A stretch of DNA of 64,000 bases. Origin: Moniliella sp. 'wahieum' (Eukaryota). Below, piece by piece: positions 39,755 through 51,900 of the stretch. The translations under genes and the position numbers were made by a program. The stretch covers positions 1 through 64,000 of the forward strand of contig RSEE01000035.1 in assembly GCA_003971905.1 (NCBI GenBank), in the 5' to 3' direction. The notes beneath the pieces were generated by a model. The model saw only the letters and a program-made list of their open reading frames with translations. It did not search any database and was not told where the DNA came from. The number at the start of each line of letters is the position of its first letter. The first letter of the stretch is position 1.

Positions 39755-40505
39755 TTAGAAGAACTTGATGTACACAATAAAGACAAACAGAACGCCAATG
39801 GCACCCACTCTGACGAGAGACAAGAAAAGTTAGTCCATTTCGCAGAACATGCCAATCAGCCTAAGCTTCAGAAGCTACGCACGGTGCCCATTTGCGGATC
39901 ATGGCGTCAATGTTGATCTTCCGTGCCGACCTGCGGTACTTCAACGACTCGTCCCGCAGGGAGCTGGACATGGTTGACATTTGGTCCAGACTGTCCCCGC
40001 GCCAAAGAAGGTCCTCCATGTTCTTGGTCATGATGCGTGTTACGTCGGCCAGGTCCTCGTTGAGCTTGTCCAGGTTGCTCGACTTGACAGATTGGGCGGT
40101 GCGAGCATCGGCATAGAGTCGGGTGGTGCGTTGGATGAAGGTGTCAAACGCGACAAACGCATATGGTCGAAGTGTCCGCTGGGCTACTTGGGGTCCATGC
40201 GACTGGCCAAACTCCACAGCCAGTTCGTCGAGGTAGGCAAAGGCGAGCTTGCGCGGGTACGATTTTTCGCAAATGGCCACATACACTACCGCCGCTGGGT
40301 CGGGGGCGGGAGGGCGGACAAGGTAGTGAAGGGTCATCGCGCCACTTTCGATGCTGCAGCGCGGCTCGCTTCCGGGCCCCAGGCGACGGACAACGAGTTT
40401 GGCCTGCGCCGCATACTCGGCGAGTTGGGCCGAGTTCTGGTCCTCGCTGCTCTGCGCGAGCGGAAGACCATCGCTCACGCGCGCAATCAATGTGCCGCGC
40501 ACCAT
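39755..40505 (-). CDS. SEC22: R-SNARE Sec22 (longin + SNARE + C-terminal TM)
   Basis: MVRGTLIARVSDGLPLA, SYPRKLAFAYLDEL, RPYAFVAFDTFIQ, DVTRIMTKNMEDLLWRGDSLD. After an intron the TM reads VGAIGVLFVFIVYIKFF*. Confidence 0.96.
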
Positions 40506-41650
40506 GCCGGGCAAGGAGAGGGGCAGATGGCAACGGTGGGCGTCCGGGGATCTTCCACGTCTCGAAATCGGTCTGGGGCAGCCAGTAAATACCGCAGGAT
40601 CCCTTGAATCACACCGGAGGCCCGCCAGGCCCACACCCACCCTCGCCCACTCGCCCACCTGGCTGCAGCTGGCACGTGGGGATGCAGATTAGGTAAGACT
40701 CTCCTTCCCCCTAGTCCAAACCAGCTTTCGAGGCGGACGAGGGCGGACGCTGGTCGCCCATCCGCCGCAGGTGCTTACAACTAGCACCGTGCTGTTCGCA
40801 TCCCGCGCCGTCTTCTCCAACATTGGGAGAGCAGCCCTCTCTTGCGGCTGACACTCACTGGCGGTCACCGTGCGGAAGAGCCTTGCTGTTTGGTCCCCCG
40901 CCTGGCGTTCCTCGTACCGCGCCCGGGCGATGCTCCCTTCGCCCCTAGACTCAAAGTCGAAAGGCATTCCCAATCCCAGGCCCAAATAAGGCCATTTCTT
41001 TCCCGACATTGAAGAGTGCACCCACCAGATAGGCCGACTTGGCTCCCTCCGCCCTTCGACACCAGATCTCGTACCCGTTTGTTACCATATTACCCAAAGT
41101 ATTCGTCCAACGACGTCGTGTTTTATCGCAGAAACCACACGTTCTCTACCTCCTCATTCAGGCTTTCTTTTCAGTGCGCAATTATAGTCAACCACCCATT
41201 GACACATGTCCACCCCCCGAAGGAGTCTTGCCTCCTGTTAGTTCCAGATTCTATCACATCATGACGGGCCATTCGTTTTTGTAGATTGTGTGGTAGCGCC
41301 CTTTTTCATACTTGATGGGCATGGGAGATCGGCATAGGATCACGTCCACAGACGTCTCTCCGTATGACTTGGCACTGGGGTTCAAGCAAGACAATTGTAG
41401 GTCTCGCAGAGAAACCACACCAAGGTTGGAGAATTTTTTGCCGGCCCGGAAACAGCAAGTCCCAAGTGATAAAGCGTAGAGATCATCGGCTTCCGGCTAG
41501 GAAGCCCAAGAGAAAAGGATGAAGTGATGCGACTGTATTTGCGAGGCCCAGTTGGTAGGATGAAATGGGGGAGGTGACAAGGGACAGCGGCGATTTGGTG
41601 GCCATAACTGCCATTGATGGCCCCTCTTCAAGGACGGAAGAGACATATGC

Positions 41651-41944
41651 TTACTTGCTGCCCTGTTTAGCGGCAGCGTCCTCGTTCAAAGCAGTGCGCA
41701 GGCGAGCAAGTTGGCTGGCCATGAGGACGCGCTGGGGTGTCGCCCCTTCATCCTGAGCACTTCCCTCGCCAAAGGCGGCCGATGCAGCGTCGTGGGTCTC
41801 GGCATCGGGGGTGCGGGTTCGGGTGGCGTGCGCCGAAAGGAAGGAGGCAATTTCGGCAGCAGCAGCGGCAGAAGATACGGGAATGCCGCTTCCGGGAGCA
41901 ACGTGGATCTGCAGTGGTGGCCTCAGCGGTTCGTCAAGCCTCAT
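41651..41944 (-). CDS. Small protein resembling RNA polymerase I subunit Rpa14
   Basis: Pattern PPLQIHV..AAAEIASFLS..SQLARLRTAL resembles my recollection of Rpa14/Ker1. Clean 97-aa ORF. Confidence 0.5.
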   Translation of the reverse strand: MRLDEPLRPPLQIHVAPGSGIPVSSAAAAAEIASFLSAHATRTRTPDAETHDAASAAFGEGSAQDEGATPQRVLMASQLARLRTALNEDAAAKQGSK

Positions 41945-43003
41945 CCTGGTCAAGGTGGGGGAGTGTGTTACCGTTGCGGTCGGCACTGTCAGGTGGGGTG
42001 AAGAAAAAAAATGGAGCTGGAAAGGCGGAATTGCGCTGAGGATAATAAATGAGTGGTGATCGGTGATCGGTGAGGCCGCGGAATTTGCCTGGCGCCACTC
42101 CCCTGCCGCTCCCGCTCGAGCTGGCTACGCTAGCGGCTGAGCAGGACAGTGCCGCAAGGGTCTGTGGATCCTCATGGATAACTCAACTGAACAACTGGTC
42201 ATATCCATATGCAGTCGTTGCCTTTCTTCCTTCGAAGCACATCGATGGGTAAGCCGGGCAATTATTATGGGGCCAGTACTGAGCTGTGCGCGCTCACAGC
42301 TCAAATAGTGTGTGTGGGTGCGCGAGGCGATATATAACTCCGACTTATAATTGTAGCGACGATGAAATGCTCTCGGGGATCTCGCTTATTAATCTCGGTT
42401 CAGAATAACCGGAATGAAGGGGGAGAAGCATATCAGAGGATGTGGAGTGTATGTGGCTTAGGCTGTCACAGTCGGGACTAAGGCGGGCAGGGAGGCCAGA
42501 GTCGGGACTAGGGCAAGGACCGTATAGAAAGCGTTCGTGGTGTGGGAAAGAAGCAAAAGCAGATGACATGGTTCGATGTCGAATAAGAACAGGAAAGGAG
42601 CGATACGTTCGGGACAAAGACATTGGAAATGGTAGCGAGTCAGCCAAACTATGACAATTGCACCCTCCACATTATCCTTAGTAGTATAGGGTCAACAAAA
42701 CCCAAAACTCGCTCCGTCTCCACAGTTTAGAGAGAGGGATCGCGAGACACACAGACCAAAAGGGAAGCATCTGGATGTTGAAGCATCATCATGGTAAACA
42801 ACGTCCTCAGTCAGGCCTCTGATTCAACGGTATTATAGTCATGTTGCCCTTGAGGGGCATGTGGCAGCTAGTGGAGCAGACCTGTGGCCGTAGTGGATAT
42901 ACGCGGAGCATGATTCATGGACGGGGGGTAATCGCCGGCCCCTTCCGCCTCGGGCGTCCCGGGTCTTTCGTGATTTTTCAATTGTTTCGTTGTCATTTTT
43001 AAC

Positions 43004-43125
43004 GGAAGGAAGGAGAAGGAGAAGGAGAAGGAGAAGGAGAAGGAGAAGGAGAAGGAGAAGGAGAAGGAGAAGGAGAAGAGGAGAAGGAGAAGGAGAGAAG
43101 GAAGGAGGGAGAAGGAGAAGGAGAA
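43004..43125 (+). repeat. (GAGAAG)n polypurine microsatellite
   Basis: About 120 bp of near-perfect hexamer repeat. Confidence 0.95.
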
Positions 43126-44392
43126 CACAGCATCACCATTGGCATTGTAGCCTTTAGGTGAAAGCTTGTAACGTTCTGGATACACAGCGGACATCCGTGT
43201 TCCACATTATCAACACTACCTTAGGGTAATTGAGCGAGCAGCTGGTCTCACCGTACCATGATAACGTTCCAGTTTAGTATAATCCGAAGGCAGATCGAGG
43301 GTGCCTAGCATTTGTATGCAAGAACCCCTACTAGTCTGAAGATGATGTTTTTATCACGGGAACTTCGCCGTATGGTGGACGTTGAACCCATTGTGTTTTG
43401 AGTCTCAGAAGAGGGGAGAGACTTACCCATTTCCCCTGGGTGGTTGGCACTTTCGATACATGAAGGTGAAATGGGGAAGACGGATTGACGGTGCTGTGTG
43501 AATTACGCGAGAGCCAGCGGAGTGCGCTGGCTCTTCCCTTGCCAATCCCCATACCTGAGTTGCGGGCCGGGTGATCTTTGGCAAATATCCAGAAGAGCAA
43601 ATCTCTCTTCCAATGTGGGTCGCGTGTGTCAAACAGAGAGAGCCCCTCAAACCCCCTTTCGTTTCCCCGCCCCCCAACAAAACCCTTTTTGGCTCTGGCA
43701 CACCCGACGCGCCCGAAGCAAGCTAACAATCTCACTTACATCCACTATAACCAAACGAAAGAAAAAGATGAGCCAAAAATCCAATGCCCACTCAGAGGTT
43801 GGTCGTATAGAACAGACAGGAACCTGGCGCCGATCCTATATAGTATGCGCGCCCAACGACCGAGAAAATCAAAGACCTTACCCAGATGGCTTTCTCATGC
43901 ATAGCGTGTGGTTGACGGAGAGAAATAATGTGCGCATGCGGGTAGTAAGCACAACCCTCTCTCACACTTTGAGAAGCATATACCATCAACCTCACTGAGC
44001 CGAGGCTCCAGGTATTCCGCGGTAATTCCGTACCCCTTCCGTGGTATTCCGTAGTATGTCGTGGTATGTCGTGGTATGTCGTGGTGAATCCGTGTCATTT
44101 CGTGGCCATCGGGTTCTTGATCTTTTTTTCGTTCCGTGGTATGTTGTGGTGTTCCGTGGTATTCCGCGACATGTGGTGGTAGTCCGCGACATGTCGTGCC
44201 ATGTCGCGGTATGTCGGAGTGTTCCGTGGTGGGTTTTGCGAGGCGGCTAGAAATTCAAGGAAAGAGTCAGGCTCAAAAATCTCGACCTGGCAATCGGTAA
44301 TCAAATTTCATTACTGCAATGAAATGTTGAGAAAGAGCAACACTTGCGAGCGTGCAAAAATTTCGACCTGGCAATCAAGTAATGAAATTTCA

Positions 44393-44620
44393 CTAGAAGA
44401 CCACCGGGCCTACGGCCCGGCCAGCTGGGGCTTCGCCCCAGCTTGGTGCTTGGGCTTGCTCGCCACCGTAGCCACCGGCCCACCGTTCCACGCTGGAGGA
44501 TTTTTATCACCCACAAGGAGACCACCGGGCCGACGCGAAGCCCCAGCTGGTGCTTGGTCGCCACCGTAGCCACCGTGGAACCTTCGCCACCTTAGCCACC
44601 GTTCCCCCTTCGCCAACACT
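44393..44620 (-). mobile_element. Helitron-like 3' terminus (second copy, with partial tandem duplication)
   Basis: Reverse complement ends ccgggcc-gta-ggcccggtggtcttCTAG|T. Homologous to 30360-30500. The block is partly repeated at ~44520-44610. Confidence 0.7.
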
Positions 44621-45129
44621 GACACTTGCGAGCGTGCGACTTGGGAGCACACTCGGAAGAAGAATCGTTAGCCCGGCGTTGGGCTTGGAGAAAAAATGGT
44701 AGAGTGCAAAAGGGCAGCAGCACTCTCACTCAATCCTTTTCAAGGCTATTAAGAGCGCTTAGCACCTTATACACCTACAATAGCAGTCTTCTGCGTGTCT
44801 CTTTTGCACCTATGCCAACAGCTTCTGCTCGTGAGCCTTCGTCTTCGATCGATCCCAGTGCTTGATAGCTTCCAGTTCCACTGTGCATTTCTGATGCCGA
44901 TCTCCATTTGATTTCCGTTTCGTTTCACCAACAAAACAGTACCCAACAAAGGCAGCACGCATATTGTTTTGCCCTTCTTTTTCCTCGGGAATAAAATGTA
45001 CCTTGGCACACGCAACACTTATAGTGTTTTTTGTCAGACACCAAGTTCGGCACCCAATGGGTGAGGGTAAATCCAAACCTCCTCGTCAGAAACGTCGTCA
45101 TCCGCTGCAATTCGTGCTAATGCATCCGA

Positions 45130-46310
45130 ACTCAGAACTTCCTTCTCAAGGGTATGTGTCCCATGACCCACCCAATGTCGGCAAGTGGGACGACAATGTT
45201 GTTTACTGATGCGAACGTCGCTCTGTGAAAGCCTTGTTCATCGCGTGGTAGAGACGCATTACCTTCAGCATCAATCGGATGAGTTCTACCAACAATGTAG
45301 TATTCGGAGCCCGCTTCATCGGTCTCCACCCCAATGTAGTAGTCAATCAACATGAAAAAGTGCCCATCGTGCGCCAATTGCTATACAATGCCTGCATTTG
45401 TTGTGAGTAGTTGCACACAGTGTCCTAGACGGGACGAGGCATTCTGACCCTGTTGCCCTCGAACACGTTGCCTGTTCTCATTTTTGGCCCCCACTCGGCT
45501 ACTGCCCAGATCGATAAATGGGCGGTAGGGTCAATGTTGAACGAGCACAGCAACGCCGCATCCCCCCTTGCACCATCGAGCCCATCAATAATAGCTTCTC
45601 GTTTGTGATTCAACCCAACCGAAAGTGTGGTCATAGCTTGGGGAGCATGGAATCCATGCGAATGCCAACCAAGTTATCCTGGTTCCTCCTGCTCGCCTCG
45701 TTAGCAAGGACAGGATACGGTTTGGTAAACGAACGGATATGGCGGCCCAACCATCCCTGTTCCCATTCTGCCGGGGCGGTCCATATCGCCTGCCAATTGC
45801 CGTATCTCCACATGTTGTCAGCCCAATGAAGAGTGTTGTGCACCGAGATCGAATGTGGTTGATCTCTTCGTTCAGACCGTTTGGAACAGTGAAGTCGTGA
45901 AACCGTGACAAAATGGCAGGGCCGTTGTTCGGAGACGTTCGACGTCGGTAGCATACATTTCCGTTTGACAAACAGCCTAAGCATCACGCTCCCACCAGAT
46001 CGAGTATCTGCTGAGGCAGATAATGCAACTTGACGAACGGATAAAGCATGCAACTCATATTGACTGCAATCTCAAACATGCGCATGCCGCTGTTACAAGC
46101 AGAACCAATCGAACGAGGCACTCCACTACAAAACGAAGAAGGAAGAAACCTAATCGACCTGTGTTTCAAGGTTAGCTCATTCAAATCAGTATAAGAAACA
46201 CAACTGTTTCGGGAATGAGGACGCACACTTCATCTGAAACTCGTTAAAAAGGTCAACATGAGCGGCACCCAAATGTATGGGCAATCTTGGATCACGTAGA
46301 CCGTTCTTCT
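45130..46310 (-). pseudogene. Unidentified, degraded intron-containing coding sequence inside the TIR element
   Basis: Successive coding-like frames (e.g. HDGHFFMLIDYYIGVETDE, REAIIDGLDGARGDAALL) and a gtgcgt..gctaac..cacag intron-like segment. No family recognised. Confidence 0.35.
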
Positions 46311-46958
46311 CAGATTGAGAAAGGTGGTGTGCATGGGCTCAACAGGATGAAAGGAAGGGCACATATGATGATGAGAGGCGCTTTCAGGTTGAGGTAATGT
46401 CGGCCATCCTGTATCTGCCTTGAAACAATTCTGGCTTGCGACTGACCCATGGTCTTCAAGCTCTTGTGCGTTGTACTCTGCAGTTTGACCCAGTCTTCGG
46501 GTATGCGCAACGGAGAATGGATGGTATCAATATCATCGCTTCCGTCGCCCAGCAGCGGGCAATTTCAGAGGGATGTGTTGTCGTTGGCCAATATACCCCA
46601 CCCCCATGCCTCTTGCGCCCAACAATATCGCAAGGGCGGCACGCTCGCTCGGGACACACTTGCCATAGATGTGCTTGCTGTGCTTTAGCGTCAGCGATGT
46701 TGTACATTACCGTGGTCTGAAGAGTAAACGACTCCAGGGGGCGGACCAGGGGGCGGACCAGGAGGCGGACATGATGATGGAGAGGACCGAGGGGAAAACC
46801 TGGCGAAGACGTGGAGAGTGGACCATCATGAGGGCCAGAGGGTGATATGTACTCCTTTGGAGCTCCGCGGACGTTCCCGGGGCCTCATTTGCCGCATCGC
46901 ACACGGCTATATACTCCACAGGAGCGTACATGTGCCGGCCCTCGGATGGGTGGACTTT

Positions 46959-47213
46959 TGATGAAACCTGGAGTCTGGATGGTCCTCGAGGGTGATACAA
47001 TCGCACTGATGGTGGTGGTGGTGATGGTGGTCTAAGTCAACCAGCAACCCCTACAGAGGAGCATCAAGCTTCAGACAGCGAGTCGCCACCAGGGGCAAAA
47101 CTGCGGACCAAGGACAACCAGGAGGGAGGAAACAAAACGGAACTCCTAGGCCGGCTTGAGGAGGACCTGAAGGGACGTTGGCAAAAGCACGGGCCACCCG
47201 GTGGCTCAGCAGG
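46959..47213 (+). repeat. Dispersed repeat family, copy C
   Basis: Aligns with 18781-19042 and the reverse complement of 33355-33571. Confidence 0.85.
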
Positions 47214-47685
47214 ACTGTTGGGACGTAATAAATGGTACGTTTAGAGCTCTTTGAGGCGCCAGGAGCTCTCGGAGCTCGGTGGCGTGTGGGTATGCTGCGG
47301 AGGTTGCCAGGGGCTGTTCCCACACGACAGCGCAGGGCTAATATGCTGAGCTGTGGGGGGTCCGTGCGTCGGCGTTACTGGTCTGTGCACCTTCCCACCA
47401 GAACCACACTGCTTTTGCTCTGTTGCATCAGTCCTCCTCTTACCGCCCCTTTCACAGTTGAATGATATATATACCCCCCCCCCCTCCCCCCCTCCACACC
47501 GGTCTCTCTTCCCCCTAACAACCGCCTTCCCGACATGCCTATCACTATAATTTCCACACTTCCTGCAGACCAACCGAAGACCAAAACTGGGGTAAGGTGC
47601 TAACCAAAGATCTGTCGGCATCTCAACAACTGATGCCTGCTGTCCTGTTGGCGACCAACCAATCGTCCCAGTACTGTCTTTGCTA

Positions 47686-47806
47686 GGTGTACTGACCTGC
47701 TGGGTGTACTGACCTGCTGTTGGGTGTACTGACCTGCTGGGTATACTGACCTGCTGCTGGTACTGACCTGCTGGGAGTACTGATCTGCTTCTTGGGTACT
47801 AACCTC
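47686..47806 (+). repeat. Minisatellite, ~7 copies of 17-20 bp gggtgtactgacctgct(gtt)
   Basis: Direct reading; copies are contiguous with no unique spacers. Confidence 0.9.
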
Positions 47807-48900
47807 TTCCTACAAGTGGGTACTTACATGCTTGGGCACTGACTTACATGGTATGCATGTTGGTATCATATATCAACCTCTGATGTGCTTGGTATGTTAA
47901 CCCGTACTTCCGCAGTGAGAATTACCGATAGCATGTCAAAGGGAGCATGCCACCATTTGTGATATCAAGCAACGGTACGATCGATTGCTGTGTGGATGGA
48001 ACTTGCGCGCGAGGCGGCCCCATTCTGCCTGTTCTGCCCCTTCCTGTTGCGCCTTCACGCTGCGTTTCCCTGATTAACGGCCTGAGGCCTGATTGCATCT
48101 TCTCCACCAGTATTGCCTTGCCTTGCTTGCCTCCCGTAGCACACCTTAGTAATACAATCACTATTAGCCCAACAGAGATGTCCCATATATCTAAAGGATC
48201 TAAAGTAACACAACTGCCAATGAGGCTAGTGAGGGCCGCATATAGGCCCCCAAAGTATTGAGCAATGTAACCCTGTACCGATACATTGCATTATAAGCTA
48301 ACCCTAAGGCTTATAAGCTAACCCTAGTGTAACCCTAGGACGCCATTTCCATTCCGTGGTAACCCGTGGTAACCCTTGGTAACCCGTGGAGTTCTGTGGT
48401 GTTTCCGTGGTTGAAAAAAAATTCTAACCTGTGTGGTGTGTCTATGGATTTCGTTCTCACTTTTTTTCAAGATGGAGGGGCGCACTTATCCCATAGAATA
48501 CAACAGTATGAACACGGAACGGGCACGGAAGAGGTACGGAAGAGGTACGGAAGAGGTACGGAAGTGGTACGAAGGGCACGGAAGTGGTACGGAAGTGGTA
48601 CGGAAGAGTACGGAAGTGGTACGAAATGGGCGGAAGTGGTACGGAAGTGGTACGGAAGAGGTACGGAAGTGGTACGGAACGGGCACGGAAGTGGTACGGA
48701 AGAGGTACGGAAGAGGTACGGAAGTGGTACGGAAGAAGTACGGAACGGGCACGGTATGCCACGGAATCCAAACTACGGAATACTACGGAATACCACGGGA
48801 GGGGTACGGAATCACCGCGGAATACCTGGAGCCTCGGATCAGTGAGCATCAACAGTACACCATATATAGCGTGCTCAATGATCGGAGTGTGGTGTACATG

Positions 48901-51900
48901 CCATAGCTAATCGAAATTTCTAGCCCAGAACCTTGCCGGCCACACCACAAGCTTGTCTTTAGATTTGAGGGGCACAACCTTGTCACAGCCTCGCCAACAC
49001 AGCTAGCCCCAACCTCTTGGACCACACTGCGGCAAGGCCGCCCAGCGAGGTTGTCCCTAGATTGCTGCCTATAAAGCTCGTCACAACCTTGCCCGCTATT
49101 CTAATCACAATATATTGTGAACGGCGGCCAGCCTCGAGCCATCTTAAAAAAGATGGCCCACCCACGAACTAACCTGAGGTTTCTCCAGCCAACAGTAGGA
49201 ATTGGCCGTTGCACCATTGGAGCCTAAGACTCCCGCAGCAATTTGGCAATCTTTGGGCAGCCACACGTGCTGTGTCCGCTTTCAGCCAAATCGCTAAAAA
49301 CTGATAGACTGATGGTGTAGAGTATACATCAACAGTGGTGACTACCATCATTAGTAGCCATTCGGGAAATATCTAAACATCCATTGCGGATTGTACTGCC
49401 TCCAAAACATCGTCGGCAGAAGGGACATTCTCGCCCTCGACCGCCCAGTCCTGGGCAAAAGCCAAGTCCGCAAGTCGCAGAATATCGGTGTGGGGAGAGA
49501 CAGAGTTGACAAAGTGGTTGAGCACGTAGCGCTGCACCGCCGACGTCCCAGACAAGTTGTTGTGCTGGACCCCATCGAACGTCAAGCCAGTGGTTGTATC
49601 CGTAATGCTGTTGGGGACAACCCGGCACTTGGCCTTCACGCAATTGTGCTGGACGTTAAGCGGGCCAAAGATGGTGTGGATCTGTGAAGCCGGAATGTAA
49701 GTCATGCGTCGGGCGGACGCGCGCGGTAGCTCCAGGCCTCGCATGTCATATGCCGAGTCGATAGGCATGATGCGAGCCAAAGCGACCTTGACCCAAAGCA
49801 CAGGGAGCACAAGGTTGGAACCAGTCCTCGCTGCTCCCGACCCCCCCTCGCGAGTCGGATTGGCCCGCGGGTGCACAGCAACCATATTATTAGGCCGTTG
49901 GGCGGCAATGTGTTCTATCCGGCCAATGGAGAAGGGCGGTGCATCAGGATTCTGGGCATGGCGGGGTGGGGGACTTCACCAATATCCTGTTGGGCAATAA
50001 GCACCCAGTCCCCCCTGGCACAAAGCTGGCCATGCTGTACGCGGACCAACGGCATGTCGACAATATCTTCGACCGGCCCAGTGGCAGAACGCCCCTCTGC
50101 TGTCACTTGTTCAGGAAGCCCAACCTTGTCGTGCACCGATATGACTTTGGCCTTAGCCACAGTCTGGATCGAAGCCGGACACGATCCAGCGCTGGAAGGG
50201 CTGTTGCGGCCCATACCGGGTGCGGGAGGGACTTGCCACACACTGCCGAGCCCTTGGCCCAAGAGCTGAATCGTCGTGCCAGCCTGAGGCGGCGCAACAT
50301 TCAATTGCAAAGCTGCTCGGCCCCTGCCGATCCAGACGTCTGCGGACAATTTCTTGGTGTTCCACCGGGCAGACCCTGTTCGCCTCCTCCCCTTCATCGT
50401 CAGGGGTTGTATCGCGGGACACGAGTTTTGCACGCGGCATGTCGATTGCCCGCCCTCCACATAGCAGGTTTTGCAGGTTCTCCTGGGCTGCTACCTTGTA
50501 GTTCAAGTCGCGGCAGATATCTTTGCGGTTCGTAAATATGACGGCCTTGCGCATGACGCGGACAAACTCCTCCTCACGCTGCGTGTCAGCGTTCTTGAGA
50601 GGACCCCACAACAGCGCCTGCTGGGAGAGGTGACTCAGAAGGTGGAACTTGGGGCGATGAACGAGCATGGCCGGGTCGATGGCAGCGATGGCCATGAAAT
50701 GTGAATCACCGCCTTGTCAAGCAGTTCCTGTGGGACATATGTACGGGGCAAAATGTAAGCTGCGAACTAGGACTATAGCGAAGATGATCACGGGCCTAGG
50801 AGAGCGATAGCAGTTTCAGACGTACGCCATATGTAGCCCGGTCTTGAAATGCGAAGCCATCGATGTAGCAAAGCCACTTAATGCGTGCGGCGGCCACAAT
50901 GCACTTGCGGACATTCTCCAGCCTCTCAATCTTGCTCAGAAGTCTCTGTCTCGCCATTTCCGTGACGCCGGGCTTGGTGGAGTCCAACCGTAGCATGGCC
51001 GCCAAGTTGGGCAGCACCAGAGGGAGAGTCTGGCACAATATCTTGCAGTCGACCCCCGTGACTGAGCGCATGCTGTGAACCACTTTAGTGCCATTGAGCC
51101 GTCGACGCACCGATTCCATGCCCCGCGAGTTGAGCGAATCCAGCCACAGCGCTAGCGAGGACCCCTTGTCGAAGTTCGAGTCCGTCAGCAGCTCGATCGA
51201 GGCCTTGACTGGTCCAAGGAGAACTGTGTGCATGACGTCGATCGCCAGGCTCTTGCCGACCGAGAAACTCGAGCACCCCTGCCATTCGTGGACAGTCAAA
51301 AGGGGGTTGAACACGTAGCCGTTGTTCTTGAACTCATCCAGCAGCTCACGAACGTCGGAGTCCAAATTGGAAAGCAGCCTCTTGCGCTTCTTGCCATTCG
51401 TCGCCCCTGCTGAGTCCTCCAGAGTCTTGCGGAACTTGAACAGGATAAAGGATACGTCTTTCATGTACTTGTCGTTAACCCCGGTCTGGCTCCCCCGGTC
51501 GTCGACACGGCCGTCGTTCTTGACGACCATGTCGAGTTGGTGATCGACTTCGCGCCTAGTTTCGATACTTGAACGTAGATCGCCTCCCATCTTGATGTGT
51601 CCGCCGGTAATGGTCAGTCCCATATTTTGATATGCACAGCAGTAACACCAGTGGTGTCGTATACGCACCAGACAGTCTGCCACGTTCTCCGCCAACGTGT
51701 TCGTTCCCCGTTGCCGTCCGCAATCGCAAAAACGGCAGCACACGTGGGCAGTCATGCCCATAATGGAAGCCATCTCGTTCGCGGCCACGTTGTCGCCCTT
51801 TATCATCCCGCAACGGGCTGTACAAGGATCCATCCCTCGGTGGTCGAATCCCAGACAGGGATGAGCTCTTCGTGATCCTGCCTGCAAGTTCGAAAAAGAC

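Larger units (their letters stand above)
43991..48846. mobile_element. TIR DNA element (4856 bp), no recognisable transposase, 7-bp TSD CATCAAC
   Basis: About 65-bp imperfect TIRs CTCACTGA(g/t)CCGAGGCTCCAGGTATTCCGCGGT..TTCCGTAGTAT at 43991 and (reverse complement) ending at 48846. TSD at 43984-43990 and 48847-48853. Subterminal tandem repeats at 44040-44230 and 48515-48780. Confidence 0.88.

Noticed and set aside
47686..47806. CRISPR-like array (also 13704-13820 and 48515-48780)
   Set aside because: Repeats are contiguous without unique spacers, there are no cas genes, and the context is eukaryotic.
43993..48844. Classifying the TIR element as CACTA because of CACTG..CAGTG
   Set aside because: Those boundaries give no 3-bp TSD (cct vs agc). 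The inverted match extends 2 bp further and then yields a perfect 7-bp TSD.
48366..48910. ORFs with repetitive translations (RKWYGSGTEEV; also FSFSFS at 42868 and GKGKGK at 55740)
   Set aside because: Translations of DNA tandem repeats that are open in several frames on both strands.
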